64,000 nt of DNA from contig NW_021835958.1 in NCBI RefSeq assembly GCF_006345805.1, forward strand, positions 124,001 through 188,000, read 5' to 3'. This stretch comes from Octopus sinensis. Taxonomy: Eukaryota. Within the stretch, counting starts at the first letter, position 1. Each line of letters begins with the position of its first letter. The notes beneath the pieces were generated by a model that searched no databases, had not been told where the DNA came from, and saw only the letters and a list, made by a program, of their open reading frames with translations. This document shows positions 1 to 11,210 of this stretch, piece after piece. Position numbers and translations under genes: made by a program.

Positions 1-83
1 AACAATTGCAGCGTGGAAGGTGTTTATAAGCCATTTAAGAAACACACAAAAGCCGTTCGATTCACTTCAACATTTAATTTCAA

Positions 84-133
84 TTTGTCAAAATATTTTC
101 GTCGCTAAAATCCGCGACCTGTTCACTGATAAA
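84..133 (-). ncRNA. Minimal type-I hammerhead ribozyme motif, G3-C8 variant (mirror copy)
   Basis: Reverse complement of the 155-204 motif, with one A-C mismatch in stem I. Confidence 0.5.
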
Positions 134-154
134 AAAAGAGATGCAGCACGGATT

Positions 155-204
155 TTTGTCAGTGAACAGGTCGCGGATTTTAGCGACGAAAATATTTTGA
201 CAAA
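155..204 (+). ncRNA. Minimal type-I hammerhead ribozyme motif, G3-C8 variant
   Basis: Stem I TTTGTCA/TGACAAA; core GTGAACA plus extra G; stem II GTCGC/GCGAC; GAA; palindromic stem III AATATT; H17=U. Confidence 0.6.
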
Positions 205-821
205 TTAAACGTTGAAGTGAATCGAACGGCTTTTGTGTGTTTCTTAAATGGCTTACAAACACCTTCCACGCTGCAATTCCTTTCTCAATATTTCAACCAT
301 TAATTCTATACCATTCATACCAACTAACACAAAAGACTACCATTCACATACGGCCTACAGCACCTCCCCTCTTCCTCCTACTTTCCACCTCTGCTACTAT
401 AACTCCCTACTATTAACCCCCCTCACTCCTGATATCTATTTTCTCCTCTCATCGTTGCCTATCTGAATACCTCCCCAACTCCCCCTTAGCTCTCCGCGAA
501 ATCATTCCATCTTTGAACTCCTTACCTCAAACGTAAGATCTCTTCCCTGAAGACAGAGGCTCGTCTCATCCTATGATGGAATCAATCTACAAACATTATC
601 TTGGATCGCCGAGCCCCCACATATGTAATACTTTTTCCCAACCCCTTTAATTCTCGATTTCATTTGTATTCTGTGTAAGTCGGACACTTTTTCCTACGTA
701 AACATATATACATTTTTTTCTATACATTTCTTGTATTTCATGTACTAATATAGTAAAACTTTATATATTGATCTGTCTAACTTGCGTATCTCTTTCTCTT
801 TATCTCTTTTACATGTTTCAG

Positions 822-936
822 TCATTTGACTGCGGCCATGCTGGAGCACCGCCTTTAGTCGAGCAAATCGACCCCGGGACTTATTCTTTGTAAGCCCAGT
901 ACTTATTCTATCGGTCTCTTTTGCCGAACCGCTAAG
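822..936 (-). mobile_element. 3' fragment of tRNA-derived octopus-type SINE
   Basis: Reverse complement of the tail of the full copy at 60572-61012 (GGCGGTGCTCCAGCATGGCCGCAGTCAAATGACTGAAAC). Confidence 0.8.
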
Positions 937-998
937 TAATGTATTCCTACATTTATTTCTACTTACTATATATGTATGCATGTATATATGTATGTATG

Positions 999-1086
999 TT
1001 ATTATTCAGTGTTATTTCAAGATTTCTTGCCAATAGTGAAAGAACCGGTTTCTAACCTAGATCCAAGACTCCTTCATTGGAATTCC
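999..1086 (-). mobile_element. 88-bp 3' end of R4/Dong-type LINE (family B) inside (TATG)n
   Basis: Reverse complement aligns to 11122-11210, the 3' end of the 9127-11210 element; TATG repeats on both sides. Confidence 0.8.
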
Positions 1087-1554
1087 TATGTATGTATGTA
1101 TGTATGTATGTATGTATGTATGTATGTATGTATGTATGTATGTATGTGTGTGTCTGTGTGTGTGTGTGTATTGCTTTTTTTTTGTTTACTTTTCTAAATT
1201 CTTGTTATTTCCGACGGGTTTAATTGAGTAACCCCAGCATATTTGACACGTGTCAATTCACAGTTGACTGATTTCGAAAACTTCTACTCACCCCACTCCC
1301 CCTTTCGCTCCTTCTATTCCCTTTTCTCTCCTTCTGTTTTCTTTTTCTCTCTCACTCTCCTCCCCGCTCTCTCTCTCTCTCTCTCTCTGTTTTTCTGTTC
1401 CCTCTCCTCTCCTTCACTGCTTTCTTCCAAATCTCACTTTGCTCTTTATTAGCTTCTCCCTTTTCTTCAGAATAAGTTATTGATCAAATTTGCTGCCTCG
1501 TTATATTCGAGGTTACACTGCACACTCGCAATTGTTTTATTATTGGATAATGAA

Positions 1555-2035
1555 GCTTAAGCTTTCGGTGCGCTGAATCAACAGAACTTGAGGCGATCCA
1601 ACGAAGCTACACGAAGAAGATAGCCTCTATGCATGCAAATGGGAAAGACTCAAGAGATTAAAGCTCTATTCCCTGGAGCGTAGGCGAGAAAGATATGCCA
1701 TAATATATATCTGGAAGATCCTGGAAGGACTTGTCCCAGACTTTGGCATCGAGAGTCACACAAATGCCAGAACCGGACGCCACTGCGTAGTACCAAGGAC
1801 TCCAATTTGCCATCAAGATGTAGGACAAATATTGTGATAGCCTGGCTTCAGAGGCCACAGCTCTTCAATATCCTCCGAAGAACCTGAGGGACCTGCATGT
1901 GTAGATGCGGATGTCTTTAAGTAGGACTGGATCTCTGCCTGTCAGGTGTCTGAACCAACTTCACGGCAGGAGGTGCAGATGAGGGCAGCTGCAACGACTC
2001 TCTCATGCATCAGATGGCGTTTGCTAGCATCCGTG
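1555..2035 (+). mobile_element. CR1/L2-group LINE 3' remnant
   Basis: Frameshifted translation ELEAIQRSYTKKI...WERLKRLKLYSLERRRERYAIIYIWKILEGLVP...QLFNIL, typical CR1/L2-group ORF2 C-terminus. Confidence 0.75.
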
Positions 2036-2399
2036 AGGTAAAATCTGTTAGCAAACCAATGGCGGTGCCCCAGCATGGCCACAGCTATTAGCTGAAACTG
2101 GAAAATCAAAATCAAAATCAAATCAATTCCTGATAAACTAGTCCCGATTCGGATTAAAACGGGACTAGTTTATCAAATTTAATTTTTAACATCACTTGAA
2201 TGCGTCTGAGGACATTGTAGTCAATAAACAAATGAAACTCTCCATAGCTCACTTTCAACTGGCGCTCGTATATCTTCGTACTCTGAGGGAGGTGAATATT
2301 ACACTCAAGGGAAGTTACATTACTCTTACAGTTGCACAGTGTAAATAACGGTACTTTCTACCTTCACTCCCACTCATAAACATAAGTTCTAATTTCAAT

Positions 2400-2745
2400 G
2401 TACAGCATGAGAAGTTTACTCCGCAACCGGGCGATTTCGGGTTCGGTTCCACTGCATGACGTTTTGGACTAGAATTTTCTACTATAACCCCGGGGTGATC
2501 AATGCTTTGTGAATGAATATGGTCGATGGAAACTGTGATAGAGCCCATCGTGTATACATAAGCATACACATACACACACGTTCGCGCGCGTGCGCGTGTG
2601 TGTATTGTGCATGTATCTTTGTGTTTGCTTATGCTCCAGTAACTTAGCGATTCGGCAAAAAAACCTCCCATACAATAAGTATCAAACTTTAAAAAATATG
2701 TAGTGGAGTCGATTTGTTTGACTAAATGCTTCAAAACAATGACTG
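2400..2745 (+). mobile_element. Degenerate tRNA-derived SINE
   Basis: TTCGGGTTCGGTTCCACTGC head and AACTTAGCGATTCGGCAAAA...AATAAGT tail colinear with 60572-61012. Confidence 0.55.
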
Positions 2746-2759
2746 AAACAAGTGAAAGA

Positions 2760-3097
2760 TGCTGGTACCATCTTTCTGAAGTTGGAAGCTGTTAGTGTTT
2801 ACATATCTTCCAATGCAGGCGAAATTTGCTTATTCTGGGCTGCGATGATTAGGCCTTCAGCATTCTCTTTTAGGTCACCCTTGCTGAGATACTTCCATGA
2901 TGCTTCCTGGTCTTTTAATTTGTTAGTTTCACGGTAGAACTGACCATATAATTTTGGTAAATCATTCTACATTAGCAGCATACTGTAGCAGGTCTTGTTT
3001 GAGGTTTACCAAATATTCTGCCATGTTTCTTTTTTCACTGCTGATGTACTCCCATCAGCCCACGTTCACCTTTACCCCTCTCCATGTAGAGCCTGTG
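2760..3097 (-). mobile_element. R4/Dong-type LINE fragment (post-RT region)
   Basis: Minus translation LYGQFYRETNKLKDQEASWKYLSKGDLKENAEGLIIAAQ resembles the LHGQF...SW.WL..G.LK.ETEGLI.AAQ block. Confidence 0.7.
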
Positions 3098-3138
3098 TAC
3101 ACTTATTATTATTGTTGTTGTTGCTGTTGTTGTTGTTG

Positions 3139-3192
<54 letters not shown>

Positions 3193-3194
3193 GA

Positions 3195-4754
3195 AAACTT
3201 ACAGTTTATTTTGCTTGGTATGATGGAAAGTGTCAGCTGTCCACAGCCAGCAGACTAAGGTGTTTACTGGTCATGCTTCAAGAACTCTGCGAACAATTCT
3301 TGCAGTTCCAAGTAATGCTGGTTTTTGTAAGTGTTCTACCGTCATTCTTGCACCAATCTTTTCCAGCCATGTTTGTAGATGAATGTCAATATTGCCAAGT
3401 GCACCAATTATTATTGGTATCAAGTCTATTCTCTTCATTGACCACGACATTCCTATTTCCCATTTTAAATCGTCAAAGTTATATTTTCTTTCACATTGAT
3501 TCTGTTGTCACCGAGGCATGTTATGTCAATAATCATACATGTTCTTTCTGTTTTTATTCACCACAGCAATGTTCGGTTTCCGATTTCTGGTCAGGTGATT
3601 GCACTGGATCATTATATCCCATAGGATCTTGCAGTTCCCGTTTTCAGTAACTCCTTCTTAGGTTTGTTCACACCACACTTTTGCTCTTTGTAGGCCGTGA
3701 TTTTCACAAAGCTCACACTGGATTATTCTTGCCACATTGTCATGGTGTCGTTTGTATTAGCATTGTGCCAATTTCGGGCATTCGCTAACGGTGTGTCATA
3801 CTGTTTCACCCTTCTCACCACACGTTCTGGATTTGTCGCTATCGGTTGTCAATTTTGTATTTCATATAATTGGTCCTTAACGCTTGTTCCTGAGCTGCGC
3901 ATATGAGTACTTCTGCCTCCATCTTCAGGTCACTCCTCCTCATCCATAGCCACCGGTCCTCTGTATCTATCTTGGCGTTGACATCTCATGCAAACTGACT
4001 GTACATTTTCCCTTTCCATGCGCTCTTTTTTTAGCTCATTTCTTGTTTAAATTTTTCTTTAGTTACACAATTTTCAGTTTTAATGACGCCGGCCTTCTTC
4101 GTGTGTTTCAGCTGTGGCTCCACGGCATTTTTTATATATCACCCTAAGCTGTTTTCCTCTGCTTCGATACATTCCTAGCAACTGATCAAAATCTCACACC
4201 CTTTCTTCTGGACAAGTACAGCCTATCAATGTCACTCTTAGGGTTGAAGGCTCCGTGGACTGTTAACATTTTTATGCTCTTGGCATCCATTTTCTTCATT
4301 TCTCTCTTTTGCCATTTTATAATTCCCGATCCATACCGAAATGATGCTATCACTCGCGGATTAACTGCTTGTATTTTATTCCATCCAGTCAATTTTGAGC
4401 GCTGCACCAACCCCACTCTTCGGAAATACTACATTCTCAGTTGCTCTTTCATCTTTTCCATTATCTCGTTGCACACTAGTACACCAACGTATTTGAATCC
4501 TTCTGTTTCAATTTCTTTAATCAAGTCTCTATTCGGTAATTCTAACTCTGCTATAGACTGTACCTTGCCTCTTTAGGTAGATTACTCCGCACTTCTGGAG
4601 TCAAATTCCATTCTAATATCACTACTAAAACAGTGGACCGTATTCACCAAGGACCTCACTTGTGTCACATTTTTTGCCACACAGTTTCAAATCATAAATG
4701 AAGAGGAGTGGTTGATTGTTTGCATTTCAAATCATCAATGAAGAGGCAATGGTT
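3195..4754 (-). mobile_element. 5'-truncated R4/Dong-type LINE (family A) flanked by (TAA)n
   Basis: RT motif LFIDDLK, ...GAFNPKSDIDRLYL, CCHC region ETV.HTVSECPKLAQ..YKRHHDNVAR, RLE region ending ALLGTARIVRRVLEA*; (TTA)n at about 3140-3190 and 4760-4882. Confidence 0.9.
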
Positions 4755-4778
4755 ATAATTGTTATTATTATTATTATC

Positions 4779-4829
<51 letters not shown>

Positions 4830-4847
4830 TTATTATTATTATTATTA

Positions 4848-4884
<37 letters not shown>

Positions 4885-5270
4885 ATGGTCTTCAATACAG
4901 TAAAGTGCGTGGCAGAGAACAATATTTAGTTCTCATTTCGTTTAGTGTTTAATTCTTTTAGGACTTGATAAATGTTTCTAATGAAGAAGTCGCAAAGCTT
5001 CACTTCGTGAAGATTGATGTGTACTGTTTTTCTTGCTTTGGTTAAGCAATAAATAGAAAAATATACGGTTTGTGGGAATGGTTCAAATTCTGGTTCACGC
5101 CAAAATCGATACGAATGTTTAATGATGCATATCTTTGTAATATCGCTTGAAAATTGATATTTTTTTGTTGCCAGACTGAATTATGTGCGGATGTTAATGT
5201 AAGATAGTTTGCAAGACAACTCAAAGAAGCAATAGGACAGAGGTAGGAAAGTAGAGAAAACGTAGGGTTA

Positions 5271-5273
5271 ATG
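5271..5273 (+). CDS. Putative ATG-only first coding exon of the ankyrin-repeat gene
   Basis: ATG|GTAAGT donor; a phase-0 splice to the acceptor ending at 5834 keeps the ORF in frame. Confidence 0.4.
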
Positions 5274-5834
5274 GTAAGTATTATCCCAAAGACGATATGT
5301 GTTTTGTTGTATTTAATATATATATTTTTCGTCCTATATATGCAACAAAAGATTATAACAGACGAAACACATGTGTGTATCACACTTAATGTAAACAGAT
5401 CGTGAATATTGTGGTATCTGTCCTGAAGTGATATCTCTTACACACGCGCAGTGTTTAAGTTATAATATAAATCGGAGGTAGACGAAATCGTTCACCAGGA
5501 TCTGGTGAAAATGCTAGATGCATTTATGCATAGTTGGGCGTTATCAATAGCCTTCACTCAAAGCTAATTGCATGCTAACATGAAATGTCTTTCCATCCAT
5601 ATAAGGAAACTGTGAATAAACATTCACTAGTGTTGCGAATATTCTTATACTTAAGAACGATTTTCTTCTATTTCCGATGTATATTGCATTTTTAAACAGA
5701 GCACGTCCATAAATGTTCACTAGATCTATACTGCAGTAAATTTGTCTTTCCTGATGTATTTGCATTCAGTATGATGTGTAGATGGCTATCATTTTCGTAT
5801 TTACTGATCTCAATACGTTTTTTTTCTTCTTCAG

Positions 5835-6932
5835 CTATTCAAACAGCCAGATTCATGTGTGACGATGCCAAAACACTTTCGTTCAATGAAGACAGCTTTA
5901 CACCAAGCTGTCCTCGATCAACGTTTACATCAAGTACGTCTGCTGATAAAACAACGAGTCAATGTGAACATACAAGATTTGTACGGCCGCACTCCTCTTA
6001 TGGTGGCCTGCTTTCTGGATGATGAGACGAAAGCGTTTAAAATTGTACGTACCCTCATTCGGGCTGGTTCTTGCTTGGACATTTACGATGATTTCCACCG
6101 ATCTGCCTTATCCTATGCCGCGTTAAACGGACTGATGAACGTTCTTTCATTTTTACTGCAGTTAGACAGCTGTACGGACTTTAACGAAGTTGATAATAAT
6201 GGAAACACTTTGCTGCATATGGCAGCTGAATCAGGTAATCCGGAGTTGGTTAACTTCTTACTGGACGATTTTGAAAAATATCATCATCACAAAATTGATG
6301 TAGAGAACTCTGAGGGTTTCACCCCGTTCTTGTTGGCTTGTAAAAACAACAATTGTGCGTCAGCTCACATATTGCTGACTAAAGGCAAGGCTTGTATAGA
6401 TGTGAGGGATCATAGAGAACATAGAACTGCCGTAGAGTGGATTAACGTCAGCCAAAAGTCTATATTTCCCAAACTGAAAAGTCCTGTGCGAAATAAAACA
6501 AGCTCAATCGTACAAAACATGCCAAGTCTTTCTCGTGAATATACCATGTACAGAAGACATATTACACCAATATGTCGCCATGTCGGTAATAACAAGCCAA
6601 CCACTTTTGCAGGTTCGTATCGACGGATGAATAATGTTCACTTGAAGCAGAAAGAAAGATATTTAGAAGGGTTTGTTGATGCACGAGAAGCACTTCTCGT
6701 TGAAATTGCTAAAATCAACAAAGAACGTCGACCACTGTCTTCAGAGTCGAATTCCTCGTCTGTATATCTTGATTTAGTAAATCAGACATGTTCGACTGAG
6801 CGTACAAAAACTGACTTGCTCTTACCACAACTATTCCAGCTGTATTCTGAACAACTTTTAGAAAACAACACGCAACAGTTATCTGCCTTGACACTTACAA
6901 GTTCTCATTTAAAACAATCCACCACGGACTAA
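5835..6932 (+). CDS. Ankyrin-repeat protein (about 5-6 repeats plus C-terminal tail), ANKRD34/ANKRD63-like
   Basis: Uninterrupted ORF with repeats TALHQAV, GRTPLMVAC, RSALSYAA, GNTLLHMAA, GFTPFLLAC; polypyrimidine tract plus CAG at 5815-5834; first internal ATG at 5865 (the track's 5859 start is GTG). Confidence 0.85.
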   Translation, partial: LFKQPDSCVTMPKHFRSMKTALHQAVLDQRLHQVRLLIKQRVNVNIQDLYGRTPLMVACFLDDETKAFKIVRTLIRAGSCLDIYDDFHRSALSYAALNGLMNVLSFLLQLDSCTDFNEVDNNGNTLLHMAAESGNPELVNFLLDDFEKYHHHKIDVENSEGFTPFLLACKNNNCASAHILLTKGKACIDVRDHREHRTAVEWINVSQKSIFPKLKSPVRNKTSSIVQNMPSLSREYTMYRRHITPICRHVGNNKPTTFAGSYRRMNNVHLKQKERYLEGFVDAREALLVEIAKINKERRPLSSESNSSSVYLDLVNQTCSTERTKTDLLLPQLFQLYSEQLLENNTQQLSALTLTSSHLKQSTTD

Positions 6933-7020
6933 TTCCACCCGCCAATTTTTTTCAAGCAACTCCTGCCATTCCAAATAGCAAACTTCCAACTTAGTTTATT
7001 AACGTATTCAAAATAATATA

Positions 7021-7026
7021 AATAAA
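7021..7026 (+). promoter_or_regulatory. Candidate polyadenylation signal of the ankyrin gene
   Basis: AATAAA 89 bp after the stop; AT-rich context makes it weak evidence. Confidence 0.3.
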
Positions 7027-7169
7027 TTCTTTTAAAAAATTAAAGATAATGCTAATAATTGTCAAAAGTTTTCAAAATAAGTTTTTAACCCATGTTATAT
7101 TTTCAAAGTCTTTGCGAAAAATCGTCCATATATTTCTATTACACTGTATGAGAAAAATATTGAGATACT

Positions 7170-7268
7170 ATAGGTGCAAGCGTGGACATGAGGTTAAAAA
7201 GCTGCTTCTCAAAGTTGTGGTCTTGAATTCAGTCCTACTGCACGGAACCTTGGGCAAGTGTCTTCTAT
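7170..7268 (+). mobile_element. tRNA-derived SINE head fragment
   Basis: TTCAGTCCTACTGCACGGAACCTTGGGCAAGTGTCTTCTA matches the SINE head. Confidence 0.65.
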
Positions 7269-7284
7269 TATACGATGATGAACA

Positions 7285-7627
7285 AATGGGGTTTATATTT
7301 CAACATAGTCCCCTTAGCGGTGCACACATTTCTTCCGTCAGTGTTGCAGTGATTGCATCCTATTTCATCCTGCTGGTCAAAAACGTCAACTGCAGACATG
7401 ACGTCCTCATCATTGCGACACTGGTTCCCATCCATGTATCCCTTTCGTGTTGGAGAACATATGATAACCAGATGGGTCCAAATCAAGAGAATAGGGAGGG
7501 TGGTCAACCAGTTCAAAACCACTGTCACGCACAGAGCCATTGAAACCAATGACTTGTGAGCTGGAGCATTGCTCTGATGAAAATAACAGTCCTTTCGTCA
7601 GCTTTCTTCGGAATTTGGTCTTGGGAA
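7285..7627 (-). mobile_element. Mariner transposase C-terminal remnant
   Basis: HPPYSLDLDPSGYHMFSN (mariner YSPDLAP motif) and DEDVMSAVD..DQQDE; same family as 44216-44880. Confidence 0.85.
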
Positions 7628-9105
7628 TGTGGTCTATCCAGCATTCCGATCCATGAAAGGACTTGACATTACAAATGTCATAGATGTCACGCTTGCGGAT
7701 GATGACATAACCCAGCAAGTGCCAAACTTTAGACCTTGTTGTTGCGTGATCCCCTTTGGGCATAAAATGAGTACTTGCGTAGTAAAGTCCATGTTCATCG
7801 GAAAGCTCCAGCAACATGAGATCATTGCTATTCATTTTCCCTATACCAAAACGTCCAAGAGAGTCCCATGTTTGCCAGTCTGTTCCAACATTGTCATTGA
7901 AATCCCCCAGTAGAATGACTTCATCAGAATTAGAGATTTTCCTAAGTATGGCTCTGGGCTGAGTATGAAAAATAATTTTATCTTCATCACATCTATTCAA
8001 AGTAGGTGCATAGGCACCTTAGAGTAGCAAACCGCCCACCCTCCAGGTGAAATCATAGAGTCGTTAGATGTTCCTTTATAGGAACAAGAAGCTCCTCCAA
8101 CTTCTTAAGGATAGCAGATCGAACTGCAAAACCAATAGCCTCTCTGCGCTCCACCTTCATCCCCCCCTTCTAAAAAAAAATGTATATCCACCTCCTACTT
8201 CCTCAAGCCTTCTATACGAGTCTCTGAAAGTGCAGCTATATCAATGTTATGGTGGTTCAGCTCGTGAGCAACAAGTGCAGTGCGTCTTTCAGGCCTACAA
8301 ACACTCTTTTTATCCAACAGAGTGCGCACATTCCAACATGACATGTTCAAGTTCCATCTAGATTTCGTAAAAAATAGTATCTTTGTTTTTCGAGTGCAGG
8401 GTGGACATTCATCAGTCGGGCTAAACTGACCAGATATAGAAAGACAGGCAATTTTTGGTTCACCTTTTCTAGAACCTCCCCGGCCTCCGGCTGAGCAGTG
8501 TCGTCTCAAAATGGAGCTGCTCAGACACCTATGCAGCAACAAAATTCTATCGTTGTTTAGGGTGACAAGGAGACGACTTTATATCTAGTACGGGCCGCCT
8601 ACGTGCAGGTCACTGACTACATGCTTCCAACCCGTCAGGTCTGCATGCTTCACCACCTCCCCATCGCCGTAGGACTTCTGAATAAAAATGAAATAAAAAT
8701 ATACTAAAAATAAAAAAATATATATATAAATATATACTAAAAATAAAGATATATATATACTGAAAATAAAATAAATATATACAGGGAAGAAAAAAAAAGC
8801 AGCGCATACCGAGCAGAGGTCAGCAATGCCTGTGCTGAGTTTTAGGTTCAATAAGGCTTGTATGACACCTCATAGACCCTCTCCACTCAAAAGACAAGCC
8901 GGAGCAAGATGTTTGGTTCCAATATGAGTCGCATGCTCAGGGATGTGGGAGTGCCATGACCTCCTGTTAGGTTTCTAGCAGCCCTCCTCGCCAATGTAGC
9001 CTGGTGGGTGTGCCGGTTTAGTCGCCGACAATCCGACCATGCAACAGGTTGCACTTGATTCCATGTTATCAGTAGAACTTATGAAAGCCTCATAAGTGAC
9101 CTGAC
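7628..9105 (-). mobile_element. RTE-clade LINE 5' part (5' region plus APE endonuclease)
   Basis: CWNVRTLLD...RPERRTALVAHELNHHNIDIAALSETR, AIGFAVRS, ILLGDFNDNVG, RSKVWHLLGYVIIR, CWIDH. Confidence 0.85.
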
Positions 9106-9126
9106 CTACATGCATGCATACATACA

Positions 9127-11210
9127 GGATTATCTGCCGGTGAAATGTGCCCTTATTGAAATTTTCCGAGAAAAAATAACTTTGGCATTGAAGTACTTTC
9201 TTAAGTACTCTCTACCAAAGTAAGTAAAAAAAAACAAAACACCACCAGATACGGTATTAAAAGTTGTTAACAAAACTTGAGTCTTTACAGCAATGTAATG
9301 AACGCACATTCTGTCAGATTAACGCCTGTCTATTTGCTCTGGCTACTACTGCAAAATAGTACATGAATGACATTCAAAAAGTGAACTAAAATGTAACAAC
9401 AAAGTACCATCATGGGTTTTGAAGACAGAAAAAGATAGCTGATTAGAAAAGCACCTGGACGAGACTTGATTGATGGACATTGTTACAAGAAGCTAACCTT
9501 CTATCGACAATATCGTATCAACCTGTACCAACGAGCTCTCAATGAGAACAGTAGCCTACCGCACTGGTTAAACTCTGACAGAGACAAAACTGATCCCCAA
9601 ATGCAGAACCCCACATGGCAAAAAGCCAAGTGCCAGTTGCATGCCGGAACTTAATGTATAGGATATATACAGCGTGTTTAAACCCCTTCCTCGAAGACCA
9701 TTTTGAAAGCAATAACCTCATCACAACAGAACAGGCAGCTGAGAAGAAGGGAGTCTGGGGATGTGCCTAGCAGATGTTAATCAACAAAACTGTGATGTCA
9801 GAGGTGCGGGAGCGTAGGAAGAGCCTAGTTTCAATGTGGCTAGACTACAAGAAAGCCTTTGACTCTATTCCCCACTCATGGATGCTAGAAGCCCTTCAAC
9901 TTGCTAAAGTTCCAGTGATCATAGTCAAAGCCATAGATGATCTGATTTCATCGTGGGCCACCATATTGAAATTAAACACAAATGTGACTGTATGATCACT
10001 GACAGAATACAGTATCACAGATGCATATTCCAAGGGACCAGCTTCTCTGTGATGTTGTTTATACTTTCTGTAAACCCCTTGTCATGAGGCTGATAACATC
10101 ATAAGACTTGGAAGGCACTCCTTGAGCAGCATACCATGCCTCATAACCATAAAAAACATACCCAAAGAAGTCGCGCGTGTAACGTATCATCACATGTAAG
10201 GTTCAGCATATATGAACAGAAGACCATGCATAGATATGTTAGTAGACAGCTCAAAGATGATAGTAACATTGATCACCAAAGCAGTGTGTCGTAGATCAAC
10301 CACTGGATTATTACCTCCCACTTGAGACGTATGCGTTTGCAATCTAGGAACAAAATATCTAATGAACAAAAGGAACAGAGAAAAGCAGTAAAATGTCACA
10401 ATTGATGCAGGCTTTGTGGAGCTAACACCGAAGATATCACACACATTATAAGCAGTTATCTGAAAATGTCATCACGGTATTATCTAACGACGAGACATAT
10501 TGTTGTAGCCAGCACACTATATAACGAGATCCATCGAAAGTACAATCCCGAGGACAAAGAAATAGGAACCCACAGTATGACAGAAGTCATAGCCACTCAT
10601 AATAGAAAGGAGCACTGATGGAATGTCCCAGTGAAAACCTCAATAGAATATAAAAATAAAAGAATTGATATAACGATATGGGATAGAGAAGAAGAATTGT
10701 GTACAGTTGTCTAAATCAGCTCCTCAGCGAATGTTAACATGAAGCTGAAGATCAGTGAAAAAGAGAATACCTACGCTGAACTATTGAGAAATCTGCAGTT
10801 ACTCTGTCCAGATTCCAAGTTCAGGTTTATACCTGTAATTATTGGGGACCTGGTATATGTAACACACTACCTAAATACCAATCTTGAGAAATTAGGCTTC
10901 TCAAAACCAGAAAGGAGAAACCTAATACGAAGACTACAGATCCACTCTATCACTGGAATTGTAAAAGTCTGTAAAACTTCCCTGGAGTTTATCATTTATA
11001 TATGAGCATGTCTAGATATGCAACTATATGCATGAGAATGCATCCATAAAACAAAACACGGAAAATCTGCACGTGTACATACATGCATACATTCATAAAA
11101 AAATAACATGTTGCTGATGCTGAAATTCCAATGAAGGGGCTTTGGATCTAGGTTAGAAACGGGCTCGTTCTCTATTGTCAAGAAATCTTGAAATAAAACC
11201 GAATAATGAC
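9127..11210 (+). mobile_element. Internally deleted R4/Dong-type LINE (family B) flanked by TACA repeats
   Basis: WLDYKKAFDSIPHSW, IFQG..FSV, HIISS...YYLTTRH, RLE ...NTYAELLRNLQLLCPD...FIPVIIGDL; ACATGCATGCATACATACA at 5' and (TACA)n at 3'. Confidence 0.9.

Larger units (their letters stand above)
4..278. repeat. Imperfect inverted repeat (arms 4-135 / 153-278), probable head-to-head Penelope-like terminal repeats
   Basis: AATTGCAGCGTGGAAGGTG...GTTCACTGATAAAAA is the reverse complement of TTTTTGTCAGTGAAC...CCTTCCACGCTGCAATT with 3 transitions and one 6-bp indel; each arm carries a hammerhead motif. Confidence 0.9.

Noticed and set aside
540-625. CTGAAGA followed by a GGCTCG/CGAGCC stem and the palindrome ACATATGT
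   Set aside because: The essential GAA is replaced by CCC and stem I does not pair; at best a dead hammerhead
2131-2240. 16-bp perfect hairpin (2131-2146 / 2160-2175) and nearby CTGAGGA...GAAAC
   Set aside because: The hairpin is real but short; the CTGAGGA motif lacks stems I and III
7410-8000. 196-aa ORF that looks like an RTE endonuclease-mariner fusion protein
   Set aside because: Chance read-through across the junction (about 7628) of two decayed elements; both parts are fragmentary and the mariner part changes frame
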